A stretch of 64,000 nt of DNA from Gemmatimonadales bacterium (GTDB taxonomy: Bacteria > Gemmatimonadota > Gemmatimonadetes > Gemmatimonadales > GWC2-71-9): assembly GCA_039794085.1 (NCBI GenBank), contig JBDIWC010000013.1, forward strand, positions 1-64,000. Direction: 5' to 3'. This document shows positions 40,173 to 53,319 of the stretch, piece by piece. Under the pieces are notes generated by a model that saw nothing but the letters and a program-made list of their open reading frames with translations, was not told the DNA's origin and did not search any database. The translations under genes and the position numbers were made by a program. How positions within the stretch are numbered: position 1 is the first letter of the stretch; every line of letters begins with the position of its first letter.

Positions 40173-40295
40173 TTACCGCTTGGACATCCTGCTGATTGCG
40201 ACAACCAGGAAGACCACCAGCAAGACTCCGATCACCGTCCACAGCCACATTCCGCCTCCCATCCAGCCATTCATCCAACCGCCATCATGATTCAT
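40173..40295 (-). CDS. 40-aa single-TM Met/Gly/Trp-rich protein (not in the ORF track)
   Basis: MNHDGGWMNGWMGGGMWLWTVIGVLLVVFLVVAISRMSKR; GGAG RBS; immediately upstream of copB. Confidence 0.75.
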   Translation of the reverse strand: MNHDGGWMNGWMGGGMWLWTVIGVLLVVFLVVAISRMSKR

Positions 40296-40607
40296 CGTCG
40301 ACTCCACTTGCGGGCGTTTCGGTCTCCCAACCCATGGACCACCCAGGCGGTCGCCGGTGATCGCGGTTCAGGCAGGGCATGTCGGTCCGCCGCCGAGTAC
40401 CGCTGCACCGCAGGACCAGCCACCGCGCAATTTTGGGCGCTCGGGCCGCGGAAGCCATCCATCAAAGGGATGAGAACCACACGGAGGGAATCCCACTGGA
40501 CAGCGAGGTGGAGCGCCTCCCCGTGGTTGAACCCCTGCCCCGGATCGCTGCCGGCCGGCAGAACCACAGGAACCACGAAAGACACGAAAAGCACGAAAGG
40601 GTCAGCC

Positions 40608-40663
40608 GTTCACTGTTCACTGTTCACTGTTCACTGTTCACTGTTCATTGTTCACTGTTCACC
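40608..40663. repeat. Heptamer array GTTCACT, 8 units with two variants
   Basis: Counted directly. The ppa stop codon lies in the last unit. Confidence 0.95.
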
Positions 40664-41258
40664 CCATTCCCGCATAGTCCGCGATCGCCGCCTCCACCAC
40701 CCGCCGCGCGTGCGAGAGTCCATACACCTCCTGGACCTGGATGTTGGCCTCCTGCCCCGGCACCAGCTTGTAGGTCGCGAAGTAGTGCTCGATCCGCTCC
40801 ACCAGAACCTGAGGAAGATCGGCGACCTCCTCCACGCCGTGCCACACGTAGTCCCCCTCCAACACCGCGATGATCTTGTCGTCGGCTTCCCCCCGGTCGA
40901 GGAGCTGGATCCCGCCCACAACCCTCGCCGGCACGATCAGTTCCGCCCGGGTGATCGGTCGTTCGCTGATGACGCAGATGTCGAGCGGGTCGTGGTCCCC
41001 CCGCTGGGCACCGGGGCAGAGAGCCGCCACGGTCGGCCCGCACCAGGTGCGGGGAATGAACCCATAGAGGGCGGGCGGCTGCGACGAGGTGCGCTGCGGA
41101 CGATCCACCCGCAGGTACCCGCTCCCCTTGTCGATCTCGTACTTGATCAGGTCGAACGGAGTGATCTCGATGTAGGCGTTGACGAAGACGGGAGGCTCAC
41201 GACCCACATCAAGACCGTGCCAGGGGTGCGGACGCCATTGGGAGAAGGTGTCTTTCAT
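40659..41258 (-). CDS. ppa: Soluble inorganic pyrophosphatase, family I
   Basis: HPWHG, KYEIDK, YGFIPRT, DHDPLD and EADDKIIAV motifs. Confidence 0.96.
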   Translation of the reverse strand: MKDTFSQWRPHPWHGLDVGREPPVFVNAYIEITPFDLIKYEIDKGSGYLRVDRPQRTSSQPPALYGFIPRTWCGPTVAALCPGAQRGDHDPLDICVISERPITRAELIVPARVVGGIQLLDRGEADDKIIAVLEGDYVWHGVEEVADLPQVLVERIEHYFATYKLVPGQEANIQVQEVYGLSHARRVVEAAIADYAGMG

Positions 41259-41422
41259 GAGGCAAAGGTAACAGAACACCCCCCGTGTCAGCCGTCTGAC
41301 GGTACCCGGCTCACATGTGAATCCAATCGCGCGTCTGTCGTCGTATGCTTGGTAGTCACACTCCCCAGGGGTAGGACTCTCGACCCGACGGGGGACCATC
41401 ATCAGCGCCATGGAGGACCCTC

Positions 41423-42319
41423 ATGACCCGCCCATCCACCCCGTTCCGCATCGCCGCGGCCCTTCTCGTCGTCGCGGCAGCTGCGGCCTGCCAGTCCGGA
41501 GACCAGGCGGTACCGGACGATTCGTTGACCCGGGACCTCCAGTTGGTGCAGGCTGAGCCCCTTTATGACCTGAACGACGTGGCGGGGGCCCCCCCGGCCG
41601 AACCCTCGCCCCAAACCGCGCCACCGGCCAGGCCACCGGCTCCGAAGGTCACCCCTCCGCCGGTACCGGCCCCGGAGCCCGAGCCGGAACCCGAGCCGGA
41701 GCCGCTCCTGGCACCGGTTCCAATCCCGGAACTCCCCGATCCGGTCCTCGCCGAGACACCAGCCGATGCCCCGGCCCCCCTGCCCACGGCCAAGGCCGGG
41801 ACCAGCTTCAACGTGCAGGTGGCCACCAACATCTCGTCGCGCATCAACCGCCCCGGCGACGCCGTGACCGGCCGGGTGGCCTCCGACGTGACCGACGAGA
41901 ACGGGCAGGTCATCATCCCCGCCGGGAGTCTCATTCTGGGACGGATCTCGGACCTCCGCCAGCCCGACAGTCAGGGCCGAGGCGGACGGATCGAGCTCAC
42001 GTTCAACAGTGTCGTTGTGAACGGGGAATCCCACCCGATCGACGCCGTCACCCAGAACCTCCCGGTCGAGGTTCGGGACGCCGGCCGGACCGGACCCAGC
42101 ACCGCCTCCCGCGCGGGAACCGGCGCGGTCATCGGGGGAATACTCGGCAGCATCTTCGGGGGCCGGAAGGGAACGATCATCGGCGCCGGTGCCGGGGCGG
42201 CGGCCGGGGCGCTTTCGAATGGCGGGGAAAAACTCTTCGAGGTGGCGCTCGCGTCCAGCAACGTGGCGTGCGTGCTGAACGGCCCCTTCTCGCAGGCGTC
42301 GATTCTCCGGAGTTTCTAG
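41423..42319 (+). CDS. Lipoprotein with Pro-rich linker, TrbI/VirB10-like beta domain and glycine zipper
   Basis: AAAC lipobox; PE repeats; IPAGS.I.GRI and GAVIGGILG motifs. Confidence 0.78.
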   Translation: MTRPSTPFRIAAALLVVAAAAACQSGDQAVPDDSLTRDLQLVQAEPLYDLNDVAGAPPAEPSPQTAPPARPPAPKVTPPPVPAPEPEPEPEPEPLLAPVPIPELPDPVLAETPADAPAPLPTAKAGTSFNVQVATNISSRINRPGDAVTGRVASDVTDENGQVIIPAGSLILGRISDLRQPDSQGRGGRIELTFNSVVVNGESHPIDAVTQNLPVEVRDAGRTGPSTASRAGTGAVIGGILGSIFGGRKGTIIGAGAGAAAGALSNGGEKLFEVALASSNVACVLNGPFSQASILRSF

Positions 42320-42380
42320 CAGGGGCGGCAGGCTCCTCGGGCGATGCCCTCGGGATGACGCCGTGGCGGTACCAGGGGGG

Positions 42381-42593
42381 TCACTCCGTTCCCAGGATCC
42401 TCCGCGCCTCTCCCGCATCACTCGCCCGGACCGCAAGCCGGGTCTCGGCCAGCAGTTGGAGGCTGGGCAGCATCCCTCCGGCGTCATCCGTCATGCTCAT
42501 GGACGGAATGCCGTGGGCCTCCAGCACCGACGCGTCCATCTCCGCCTCCGCCGGAAGCCCGTACCAGCCAATGACCACCACGTCGGAATCCAT
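42381..42593 (-). CDS. DUF2007-like small protein
   Basis: EAEM..SVLEAHGIP...DDAGGM.P...V...D...ARRIL pattern. Confidence 0.8.
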   Translation of the reverse strand: MDSDVVVIGWYGLPAEAEMDASVLEAHGIPSMSMTDDAGGMLPSLQLLAETRLAVRASDAGEARRILGTE

Positions 42594-42645
42594 GCCTGAA
42601 TTGTACCCGGTTCCCGTTGCCGGTGACGATCCTTCCGCCGGAGGG

Positions 42646-45507
<2,862 letters not shown>

Positions 45508-45705
45508 TCAGCTCCGGAGAGACAGGACGGACCATTTCTTCAGCATGTCAACCAGTATAATCAGATTCTGCCTTCACGCGTCGAGTCCGGGCGGTCGGGC
45601 GGCAAGTCCGTCAGGGCACGACACAAGGTAGGAGCCTGTCACTCTGTGGGATACCAGGTCCGTCGGGTGCAGGTGGGGAGTCAGCAAGCCTCCGGGCCGT
45701 GTCCG

Positions 45706-46473
45706 TCAGGGCTGTCGGAGCCGTTCGATCTGCTGCCGGATGAACCCCTTCTGCTGTTCCGGCGCCAGGGCCAGCGCCCGTTCCATCGTCGCGATCCCTT
45801 CCGCACGGTTTCCGGCCTGGGACTGGGCCGAGCCGAGGGCCAGGAGGCCCTGCACCGACTCCCCGTTCGCCTCCAGCTCGAGCTGGGCCATCCGGATCGC
45901 CGCGGCCGACTTCCCCTCCCCCGCCAGGCGCTGAGAGAGGCCGACCAGGGTCGGGGTCGAGAAATCCCAGGTGAATCCGCCATAGGCCTGCTGACGGAGA
46001 CGTTGGTACTGGGCCACCGCCTGGTCCACCCCGGCGCTGTCGATGGTCGCGGCCAGCACCTCCCCCAGCATCACCGGCTTGCTGTTGCCCCGATGACAGG
46101 TGACGCAGGTGACCTCCACCCGGCTCGACGCGGGCACGCCGAGCTCGGTGAGCTTCTCCAGGTGGGTGCGGTTGATCGCGTCCACCATCTCGTACATGAT
46201 CCGGGCTTTTTCCTTGGCCGGTTTGTCGTCCGACTCGAAATCAAAGTTGGCGAGGTTTCCTCCCTCCCCCACGTGGCAGAACTCACAACGGACGCCGAGC
46301 GCCTGGGTGTAGCCCCGCATGATCTGGCCCAGGGCTTGGCCTTTCGCTTCCGCGGGGAGGACCTGGATGTTCTTCGGTTCCTCGGGCCAGCGGAACCCCT
46401 GGGCGGCCACCGGCCCTGCCAGGAGGGGGAGGAGGGTACACGCCGCGAACAGGGTGGGGACGAGCGGTCGCAT
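45706..46473 (-). CDS. Diheme c-type cytochrome with C-terminal TPR
   Basis: Signal peptide; PKNIQVL, LGVRCEFCH and VTCVTCHRG motifs. Confidence 0.9.
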   Translation of the reverse strand: MRPLVPTLFAACTLLPLLAGPVAAQGFRWPEEPKNIQVLPAEAKGQALGQIMRGYTQALGVRCEFCHVGEGGNLANFDFESDDKPAKEKARIMYEMVDAINRTHLEKLTELGVPASSRVEVTCVTCHRGNSKPVMLGEVLAATIDSAGVDQAVAQYQRLRQQAYGGFTWDFSTPTLVGLSQRLAGEGKSAAAIRMAQLELEANGESVQGLLALGSAQSQAGNRAEGIATMERALALAPEQQKGFIRQQIERLRQP

Positions 46474-46641
46474 CGGGTTCAGCTCCACAGACGGGGGGGA
46501 GAGGCCAAGGGCTTCTCTCTCCATTACGGCCGGAGGGGCCTCCACGTTTCGTCCGCCCTCCACTCCTGCCTCCTCATCCGGCCCCAATCCGGACGACAGT
46601 CCTCCACCCCGGGTACCTTCAGACCCTGGTGTACTGTTTTT

Positions 46642-46795
46642 ACATGGATGAACAGGATGAACAGGATGTTGATCACTCACGCATACTCTGGGTTTATCGA
46701 TCCTTACGGGTCTTTTTCTTGTGAAACGTGCGATCCCAGCGGGCCGGGGACGAGTTGTCGCACGTACGAATCCTGTTCATCCTGTGTATCCATGT
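46642..46795. repeat. Inverted pair of nonamer arrays (GGATGAACA)n ... (ATCCTGTTC)n
   Basis: ACATGGATGAACAGGATGAACAGGAT versus ATCCTGTTCATCCTGTGTATCCATGT. Confidence 0.85.
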
Positions 46796-46887
46796 CTTCT
46801 CCTCGAAGGACAGGCACCCGTCTCCTCCGGGCGCCCCCGAGGCCCACATGCGCTGCGCATGGTGGGGGGGCGACGAGAAAAGCCTGC

Positions 46888-48129
46888 CTACGGGCGATGC
46901 TTGACCAGCCGATAGACCCGCACGTGCGGCACGTCGTCCTCGTCACGCCAGACTCCCACCACGCGATCGGTCCCGATCTCGGTGATCTGCACATTGGGCA
47001 GTTCCGCGGTCGCCAGGATGGCTCCCTCCGGGTTGAACACGAGCCATGTGGTGAGGGTGTCCTCCGCAGGGAAAGGCCGGTAATTCTCCACCCAGACATT
47101 TCCCGACCGATCGGTTCGGAGGTCCCCGTGGGGTGGAAAGGCCTCGGGAAGGGTCGAGTACTCTGCCACCGTCAGCACTGCAGGCGGGACCGGAGGTCCG
47201 GTGCGCAATCGTTCGAGGCGTTCATCGTGCTCCCGTTGCCATGCTTCCCTCGAGGTGGCCGAGACTATCACCGGCTCCACGCGCCTCCGAATGATTCGGT
47301 GGAGACGACCGCTCTTGAGATAGGCGCGGATCTCGTAGGAGTCCTGCGTACTCACGTAGAAGACGGTGTTGGCGTCGGCAATCACGGTTCGAAGTCCAAA
47401 GGGTGCAACGCCAGGGGCAATTACCCTCGGCCCAACTGCCCGAAGCTCCTGAGTTCCGGGGAACCGCCCCACTGATGTGCTGGAAGAACCATCCGGAGAG
47501 ATGAGCAACAACTCGATTGAGTCTCTGACCAGACCTGTAGTGAGCTTGGTGGGATCATTCTCAGCGGCCAGGCTGACGATGCGGCGCCTGAAGAGCACAG
47601 AGCCGTCCTCGAACTGACCCTGGACGGACCCCACCGGCACAGACTCCAAGGAAACGATCTTGTCCAAGGTCCCATCGGCGAAGAAGCGGGAGAGGCGCCG
47701 CAGGGAGAAGTCGTATGCTGCCATGCCTCCGGACGGATCGACACCGACCCAGGCCAGAGTCTCAAACTCACCAGGCCCCTTCCCCCTTCTCCCAAAACGC
47801 CTGGCGAGGCTTCCCGTTGAGTCGAATATCCGAAAGTCGCGCGTGTCCCCGTCCGCAATAAGCAGATCGCCCCGTGGTAGCATGCCCGCTTGGACGATTC
47901 TCGAGAAGAGGTATGCCTCGTCGCCTTCCGACTTGCCGACATCCAACAGGGACATCGGTTCGAGTGACCATCGCTCTACTCCCGAGGGAACCTCCGGGCC
48001 GTGCTCGATAATCACGACGCCGGCACTGTCGCGTACCGCCATTCCCGTGCGGCCTGGCTCAGAGTCACAACCTGCAATCGCAATCAGGACGAAGAGACAA
48101 CCGGATCTTGTAGTCGCCTTGAGGTTCAC
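46888..48129 (-). CDS. Six-bladed beta-propeller-like lipoprotein (RDSAG family)
   Basis: IAGC lipobox; VRDSAGV, FGRRGKGPGEF and RDEDDVPHVRVY motifs. Start inferred. Confidence 0.82.
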   Translation of the reverse strand: MNLKATTRSGCLFVLIAIAGCDSEPGRTGMAVRDSAGVVIIEHGPEVPSGVERWSLEPMSLLDVGKSEGDEAYLFSRIVQAGMLPRGDLLIADGDTRDFRIFDSTGSLARRFGRRGKGPGEFETLAWVGVDPSGGMAAYDFSLRRLSRFFADGTLDKIVSLESVPVGSVQGQFEDGSVLFRRRIVSLAAENDPTKLTTGLVRDSIELLLISPDGSSSTSVGRFPGTQELRAVGPRVIAPGVAPFGLRTVIADANTVFYVSTQDSYEIRAYLKSGRLHRIIRRRVEPVIVSATSREAWQREHDERLERLRTGPPVPPAVLTVAEYSTLPEAFPPHGDLRTDRSGNVWVENYRPFPAEDTLTTWLVFNPEGAILATAELPNVQITEIGTDRVVGVWRDEDDVPHVRVYRLVKHRP

Positions 48130-48420
48130 GATACTCTCGCTCGGTAGAGTGAAGTGGATCGAGGGTAACCCATCAACCAACGGGCAAGGCTCCGTGCTGG
48201 TGGAACAGCACCAGTGCCATTTCACCTCGCTCCAGAACATGGGACCGCCATAAGTGCGAAACCTCGCAGGGAACAAGATGCCGAGCCGGTGGCGGCGACT
48301 CACACTCCTCTCCGTGGACCGTCTGTCTACGCGGCGAAGGCGCCCGAACGCACACGGTCGCGCATGGATCCGCTCCACCCCCCGCTCCCTCTGGATATCG
48401 GATCGCCATCCACCAACTCC

Positions 48421-48915
48421 TCAACCACCGGCTCCTCCCACACTCTTCGGTCGAGGGGCGCTTCGAACTGTGAACAGCAGGATGCTCCCCTCTCGCGTCA
48501 CCTCAAGCGGGAAGGTGTCATCAGTGTGCTTGGGAGATTGAAGCGCGATGAGAACGCCGGGGGCGTGGGGGGGAACCCCATTGACTGAAAGAATCTCGTC
48601 CCCTTCCCTCAGGCCGGTGGTGGCCGCAGGAGATTCGCAGAGGATGCTTCCAACGAAGAACCGAAGCCGCCGAGCGAGGTCAGCGCGATCGGCGTCACGC
48701 TCTACCGTGCCCGTGAAGCGGATGAAGATTCCAGTGTAGTATGCCAGGGGCGGTCCGTTCCTGCGCCCGATCACACCCCCCTCCAACCTCGCCTGGAACT
48801 CCTCCCACGTGACACACCCCGCGCGAGCCTCCTGGCCCTGAGCCGTCACGACGGAGAGCGTCAACAAGAACAGGAACGTCAGCAAGCCACATTGCGCAAT
48901 GACAGAACACCTCAC
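48421..48915 (-). CDS. Secreted PDZ-domain protein
   Basis: ESPAATTGLREGDEILSVNG and LEVTREG motifs. Start uncertain. Confidence 0.7.
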   Translation of the reverse strand: MRCSVIAQCGLLTFLFLLTLSVVTAQGQEARAGCVTWEEFQARLEGGVIGRRNGPPLAYYTGIFIRFTGTVERDADRADLARRLRFFVGSILCESPAATTGLREGDEILSVNGVPPHAPGVLIALQSPKHTDDTFPLEVTREGSILLFTVRSAPRPKSVGGAGG

Positions 48916-49178
48916 CGTCCACTGTTTCTGATATGCAGGTGACTGTGATGCCGTGAGTCTTCTGTCTGCAAGGAGAGCCTGCGGACATGTTCTCCGGCTC
49001 ACGCTTTTATCCATCCTTCCAGTATATCGCCCTCTCACATCCCGGTCCAGGCCCCCCTTTCCAGGTGATCGGACACCCCCTGGTTTGGTCCACTCCTGCT
49101 TCTGCACTCCGGGCTGATGCCCCGCAAGCGGCGCACCCCCTGAGGTACAGGCACGGCGCCGCCGTTACCCTTCTGCTT

Positions 49179-51506
49179 CTACATCCTGAAAAGGTAGCTC
49201 ACCTTCCCGAAGAACCCGTCACGGGTCCGCTGCAGATCCCGGAACCGGAACTCCTGCGCCTCCTCCAGCGTGGCCCCGTATCCCAACGTGAGCAGGGTGC
49301 CGGGGGTCGGGCGGTAGCTGAAGAGCCAGTCCATCCGGAACTCGTTGCTCACACTTCCCGTGTCCGCCACACCGCCCACCAGAATCGGGCTGCCCTCCCG
49401 GTCCCGGAGAGCGGAGCGGGACTGGGCGGTGTACTGGCCGATGAAACGCACGAACACCGACCGCGTCATCTGGTACTCCAGCTTGAGCCGCGGGATGGTC
49501 TCGGTGGAGAACCGGCTCCCGTCGGTGCGTCGATCGAGAGTGAGTCGGGTGAACTGCAGCGCCCCGCGGAGCGCACTCGTGGGCCGGAGGTCCACCACCA
49601 CGTCCACTCGGCTGCTCCGGCCCGGCGCCGCCTCCCGGAAAATCGGCGTCCGGCCGAGCGACACATTGGCCGTCGCGGTGAACTGCCGAAAGGTGGGAGT
49701 CGTGACCCGGAGCGACCCACCCCACTGGTTCCGTTCCTGGCCGGGAACAGTGAAGGGTACCTCGATGCCGTTCCGGAGTACCGTCACCCCCTGAAAGTTC
49801 CCGGGTTCGAAGGAGAAAAAGTTCCGTGAGACCGACCCGCCGAACTGCCAGCCACCCCGCAGTGTCATGGAGGGAGAGACCGACTCTCCCCCTTCGATCG
49901 CGCCGTCGCCCGGGGAGTCGTAGTCCCAGAGCCGGCTGAATGTGAAGAACGCTCCGTAGGTCTGCACCAACGCGTCCGGTCCCCCGTATCCGGTGAGCCG
50001 ATTGGAAAACCGTCCCTCCAGGAACCCGGTGCGGTTCACGAACCCCGACGCTGCCCGGAATCCCGGCGCGATCGCCTTGAAGGAATGGTTGAAACCCCAC
50101 GACCGGCCGGTCCGGTCCCAGGTGACATCGAACAGAGGCCCGTTGCTTGACACGCCGGCGCTGTCGGTCCATGCCTGCACGGCCTGCACCTCCACGAAAT
50201 AGAGGTCGTCGTGGTAGAGACGGACGTCGGCGCCCACGAGCCGCGAGTGATCCGGCCCATCCTCCCGCACGGTGGTGATCCCTCCCAGCGTCGAGTTGCG
50301 CCCGATGTCGCTCCGAAGCCGAACGATGCCGAACACCGGCGTGGAGGATCCGTTCCACGACTGGTTGTCGCTGTCGATCGCCGTGAGCGCCGCAATGTTG
50401 GTTCGGCCCAGCTTCCCCGCCACCTTCACACCGACGTCCGGATTCACCACCCGGCGCGTGTGAATCAACCGGTTCGGGGTGTCGAACAGCTCCAGGCCGT
50501 CCAGGAAGAAGGGGCGCTTGTCGGGAAAGAAGAGCGCGAACCGTTCGTTCAGCACCACCTGCCCCACGTCCGCCTCCACCTGAGAGAAGTCGGGGTTGGC
50601 CGTGGCATTGAGTGTGAGACTCTGACGGATCCCCCACCGAACGTCACCGCTGAACTCCTGTGCGGTGTCGTAGTCGTAGCCGCCATGGCCGTCCGGAGCA
50701 CCGTCGGCCCGAGCGGTGGAGGTGGGGGTGATCTCCAGCAGCAGACCGCGCCGGATGTCCCGCAGCCCTTCCAGAGCCCCCGACTGGCCGAGGAAGCTGG
50801 CATTGCCGCGCACCGCGGGCGCCCAGGTGTCCTGAAAACCACTGTGCTGGATCCGGCGCAACACCTGGATCCCCCACGTCTGCACCTGGGCCTCCTGGTA
50901 CCGGAGACTCTTGAAGGGGATCCGGATCTCCACCTCGTAGCCGTCCGCCACCAGCCGACCCCGGGACTCGAAGATGAAATCGGGATTGAGATCGGTATTG
51001 CCGTCGAGGAAGTTCCCGGTCCCGATCCCTCCGCCTGTTGTCGAGCCACCTCCGGCTCCCCCTCCGAACTGGTCGCTCCGGGTTCCGTCCTGCTGCACGC
51101 CAAGGGCATTCGCACCGAAGAGAAAGGCGAGGCGCCGGTCGTTGTTGGTGTCGAGGAGGATCTGGACATGGTCCTCGCTCCCGATGTTGTCTCGATTGGC
51201 CCGCGTGGCGCGGACCACGTCCCCATGGACCTCCGTGGCCCGGATCCCGAACCAGATCGCGTCCGGAGCATACCACACCAGAACCTCTGTCGGCTCCTCA
51301 GCGGGCCGCCCATCCACCGGCTGGAACTGGGAGAAGCCGGTGAGCCGAGCGGCACGCTGCCAGACCGGTTCGTCGAGGACACCATCCACGGTGGCGGTCG
51401 CCTCGATCCGTGGGGGTTGGACGCTGATTTCGCCTGCAGAGCCTCGGTAAACGGAACCGGTGTCCTGCGGGAGGAGTACCATCAAGGAGAGGAGGGCCGA
51501 TGTCAT
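49179..51506 (-). CDS. CBM9-like + DUF5916 outer-membrane beta-barrel protein
   Basis: VDGVLDEPVW, EIRIPFKSLRY, NPDFSQVEAD and KRPFFL motifs; terminal KVSYLFRM. Confidence 0.9.
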   Translation of the reverse strand: MTSALLSLMVLLPQDTGSVYRGSAGEISVQPPRIEATATVDGVLDEPVWQRAARLTGFSQFQPVDGRPAEEPTEVLVWYAPDAIWFGIRATEVHGDVVRATRANRDNIGSEDHVQILLDTNNDRRLAFLFGANALGVQQDGTRSDQFGGGAGGGSTTGGGIGTGNFLDGNTDLNPDFIFESRGRLVADGYEVEIRIPFKSLRYQEAQVQTWGIQVLRRIQHSGFQDTWAPAVRGNASFLGQSGALEGLRDIRRGLLLEITPTSTARADGAPDGHGGYDYDTAQEFSGDVRWGIRQSLTLNATANPDFSQVEADVGQVVLNERFALFFPDKRPFFLDGLELFDTPNRLIHTRRVVNPDVGVKVAGKLGRTNIAALTAIDSDNQSWNGSSTPVFGIVRLRSDIGRNSTLGGITTVREDGPDHSRLVGADVRLYHDDLYFVEVQAVQAWTDSAGVSSNGPLFDVTWDRTGRSWGFNHSFKAIAPGFRAASGFVNRTGFLEGRFSNRLTGYGGPDALVQTYGAFFTFSRLWDYDSPGDGAIEGGESVSPSMTLRGGWQFGGSVSRNFFSFEPGNFQGVTVLRNGIEVPFTVPGQERNQWGGSLRVTTPTFRQFTATANVSLGRTPIFREAAPGRSSRVDVVVDLRPTSALRGALQFTRLTLDRRTDGSRFSTETIPRLKLEYQMTRSVFVRFIGQYTAQSRSALRDREGSPILVGGVADTGSVSNEFRMDWLFSYRPTPGTLLTLGYGATLEEAQEFRFRDLQRTRDGFFGKVSYLFRM

Positions 51507-51564
51507 GAGGGTGACTAATCTACCATGACCCCATGGCCCGGGTCGATTGGCTTGGCCGGGAGAT

Positions 51565-51595
51565 GCTGCACTGTACGAATATTGTACAGTACGGC
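51565..51595. promoter_or_regulatory. Palindromic operator-like site between divergent genes
   Basis: GCTGCACTGTACGAATATTGTACAGTACGGC, core ACTGTAC-N7-GTACAGT. Confidence 0.6.
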
Positions 51596-51668
51596 TTTTG
51601 ATCTGGCGCGCCGAACGGAGATTTCGTATTGTCAGGGATCAAACTGATCCCTCTTTCAGGGAGGCACC

Positions 51669-52325
51669 ATGAGTACCGGAGAAACTTCAGGAACTGGGTC
51701 CAAGGCAAAGATCATCGCCATCATTCTGTCCCTCGCCGTCGTGGGGGTCGTGGCCGCCAACGTCATGACCGGAGGGGGACCGGGCGGCGGACCCTCCGAA
51801 GTTGATGTCACGATTTCGACCGGGGAGACCATCGTTGGGGCACTGGACCGGGGGATCACCACCGAGGGAGGGGAGACCGGTACCCCCGTCGGGCTGACCC
51901 TCTCCGAGCCCATGGATCTCGGGGGCGGACACTTCCTTCCCGAGGGGACCCGGGTCCGGGGTGAGGTGACCCACACCCAGGGCGGTGGCCGGATGGGCGG
52001 AGCTCCCGAGTTGACCATTCGCTTCAGCACCCTCGTGGTCGACGGGGAGGACTATTCCATCCAGGCCGAGCCATTCCGCCTCAAGGGAAAGAGTGACACG
52101 AAGGAGACGGTGGCCGAGATTGGCGGAGGGGCGATTCTCGGCGGGGTGGTCGGGGCTGTCACGGGAGCGGGAACCCTCGAAGGGGCTGCGGTCGGAGCGG
52201 TGCTGGGCACCGGGGTGGCGGTGGTCACCAAGGGAGACCAGATTGTCCTGCCCAGCGGCCAGAAGCTCCGGGTACGGTTGACCGAACCGGTCACGATCCG
52301 TCGGCCGGTGCCGTCGGAGGGCTGA
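51669..52325 (+). CDS. Membrane-anchored TrbI-like beta domain + glycine zipper protein
   Basis: LPEGTRVRGEV and GGGAILGGVVG motifs; related to 41423-42319. Confidence 0.78.
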   Translation: MSTGETSGTGSKAKIIAIILSLAVVGVVAANVMTGGGPGGGPSEVDVTISTGETIVGALDRGITTEGGETGTPVGLTLSEPMDLGGGHFLPEGTRVRGEVTHTQGGGRMGGAPELTIRFSTLVVDGEDYSIQAEPFRLKGKSDTKETVAEIGGGAILGGVVGAVTGAGTLEGAAVGAVLGTGVAVVTKGDQIVLPSGQKLRVRLTEPVTIRRPVPSEG

Positions 52326-52419
52326 CGCTCAAGGGAACCACGGGGAGCCGGACATCGTGGCGGCTCCTCACCTTGCCGAACCGGTTCCGGGTGGCGACCT
52401 TCGGGGCAGGAGGAGTCCC

Positions 52420-53316
52420 ATGTCTTCACAGACCCCGATCGACCCCATTGTCGCCGCGCGTCACCCTCATCCCCAGGCCAAGGATGACGACCTCGACGTC
52501 GCCGGCCTCACCGACCAGGGGAAACGCCGCAAGACCAACCAGGACCATTTCCTGATCTGTTCGCTGCACAAGGCGATGCGGGTCCGTGGCACCAGTCTCC
52601 CCCACCCGGAGTCTCTGGAGATCCCGAGCGAGCGGCTCGCCCTCTTTGCCATGGTGGCCGATGGCGTTGGATCGACCAAGGGCGGAGGGGAGGCCAGCCG
52701 GGCCGCGCTCGAAACCGTGGCGACCTACGCCACTCAGACCATGAATTGCTATTACGCTTCCGACCCGGGATCGGTGGAATCGTTCCTCGAGGGTCTACGC
52801 CAGGTCGCTGAGGAGGTCCAGGCATCGGTTATTGCCCGCGGGGAGCGGGATCCTGACCTGGCCGGGCTTGCCACCACCCTTACCATCGCGATCAGCGTGT
52901 GGCCCTCACTCTACCTGCTGCACGTCGGAGACAGCAGGGCCTATCTCTTTCGGGATGGCGCCCTGCGGCAGCTCACCCGCGACCAGACGCTGGCGCAGGA
53001 GCTGGTCGACAGTGGTGCCATGCCACCCGACCGCGTCGAGAAGAGCCCCTTCGCGCACGTGCTGTCGAGCGCAGTGGGCGGGGAATCGCACCCCATCGTG
53101 GAGCGCTTCGATTCCGAACCGAAGGATGTCGTGATGCTCTGCACCGACGGGCTCACCAAGCATGTCTCGGATGCACGGATCGCCGAGGTACTCGGCTCGA
53201 TGGAGTCGGCCGAGCAGGCGTGTCGCATCCTCGTGGACGAGGCGCTGGAGGCGGGAGGGACCGACAACGTGACGGTCTTTGTGGGCCGGGGTCGCCGGGG
53301 CCGGATGCGGGGGTGA
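52420..53316 (+). CDS. PP2C/PPM Ser/Thr phosphatase
   Basis: NQD, VADGVG, HVGDSRAY, LCTDGL and GGTDNVT motifs. Confidence 0.95.
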   Translation: MSSQTPIDPIVAARHPHPQAKDDDLDVAGLTDQGKRRKTNQDHFLICSLHKAMRVRGTSLPHPESLEIPSERLALFAMVADGVGSTKGGGEASRAALETVATYATQTMNCYYASDPGSVESFLEGLRQVAEEVQASVIARGERDPDLAGLATTLTIAISVWPSLYLLHVGDSRAYLFRDGALRQLTRDQTLAQELVDSGAMPPDRVEKSPFAHVLSSAVGGESHPIVERFDSEPKDVVMLCTDGLTKHVSDARIAEVLGSMESAEQACRILVDEALEAGGTDNVTVFVGRGRRGRMRG

Positions 53317-53319
53317 CGG

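Noticed and set aside
40292..40594. 100-aa minus-strand ORF upstream of the microprotein
   Set aside because: Starts inside a microsatellite arm and has no recognisable family; possibly debris.
41669..41704. CCGGAG hexamer repeat as a DNA element
   Set aside because: Encodes the PEPEPE linker of a lipoprotein.
41423..42319. Type IV secretion or conjugation locus
   Set aside because: Only a TrbI-like beta domain; no other T4SS genes.
45706..46473. Photosynthetic reaction-centre cytochrome PufC
   Set aside because: Only two CxxCH motifs plus a TPR, and no puf or bch genes in the window.
49066..49097. TGATCGGACACCCCCTGGTTTGGTCCACTCC as an IS end
   Set aside because: No partner inverted repeat or transposase seen.
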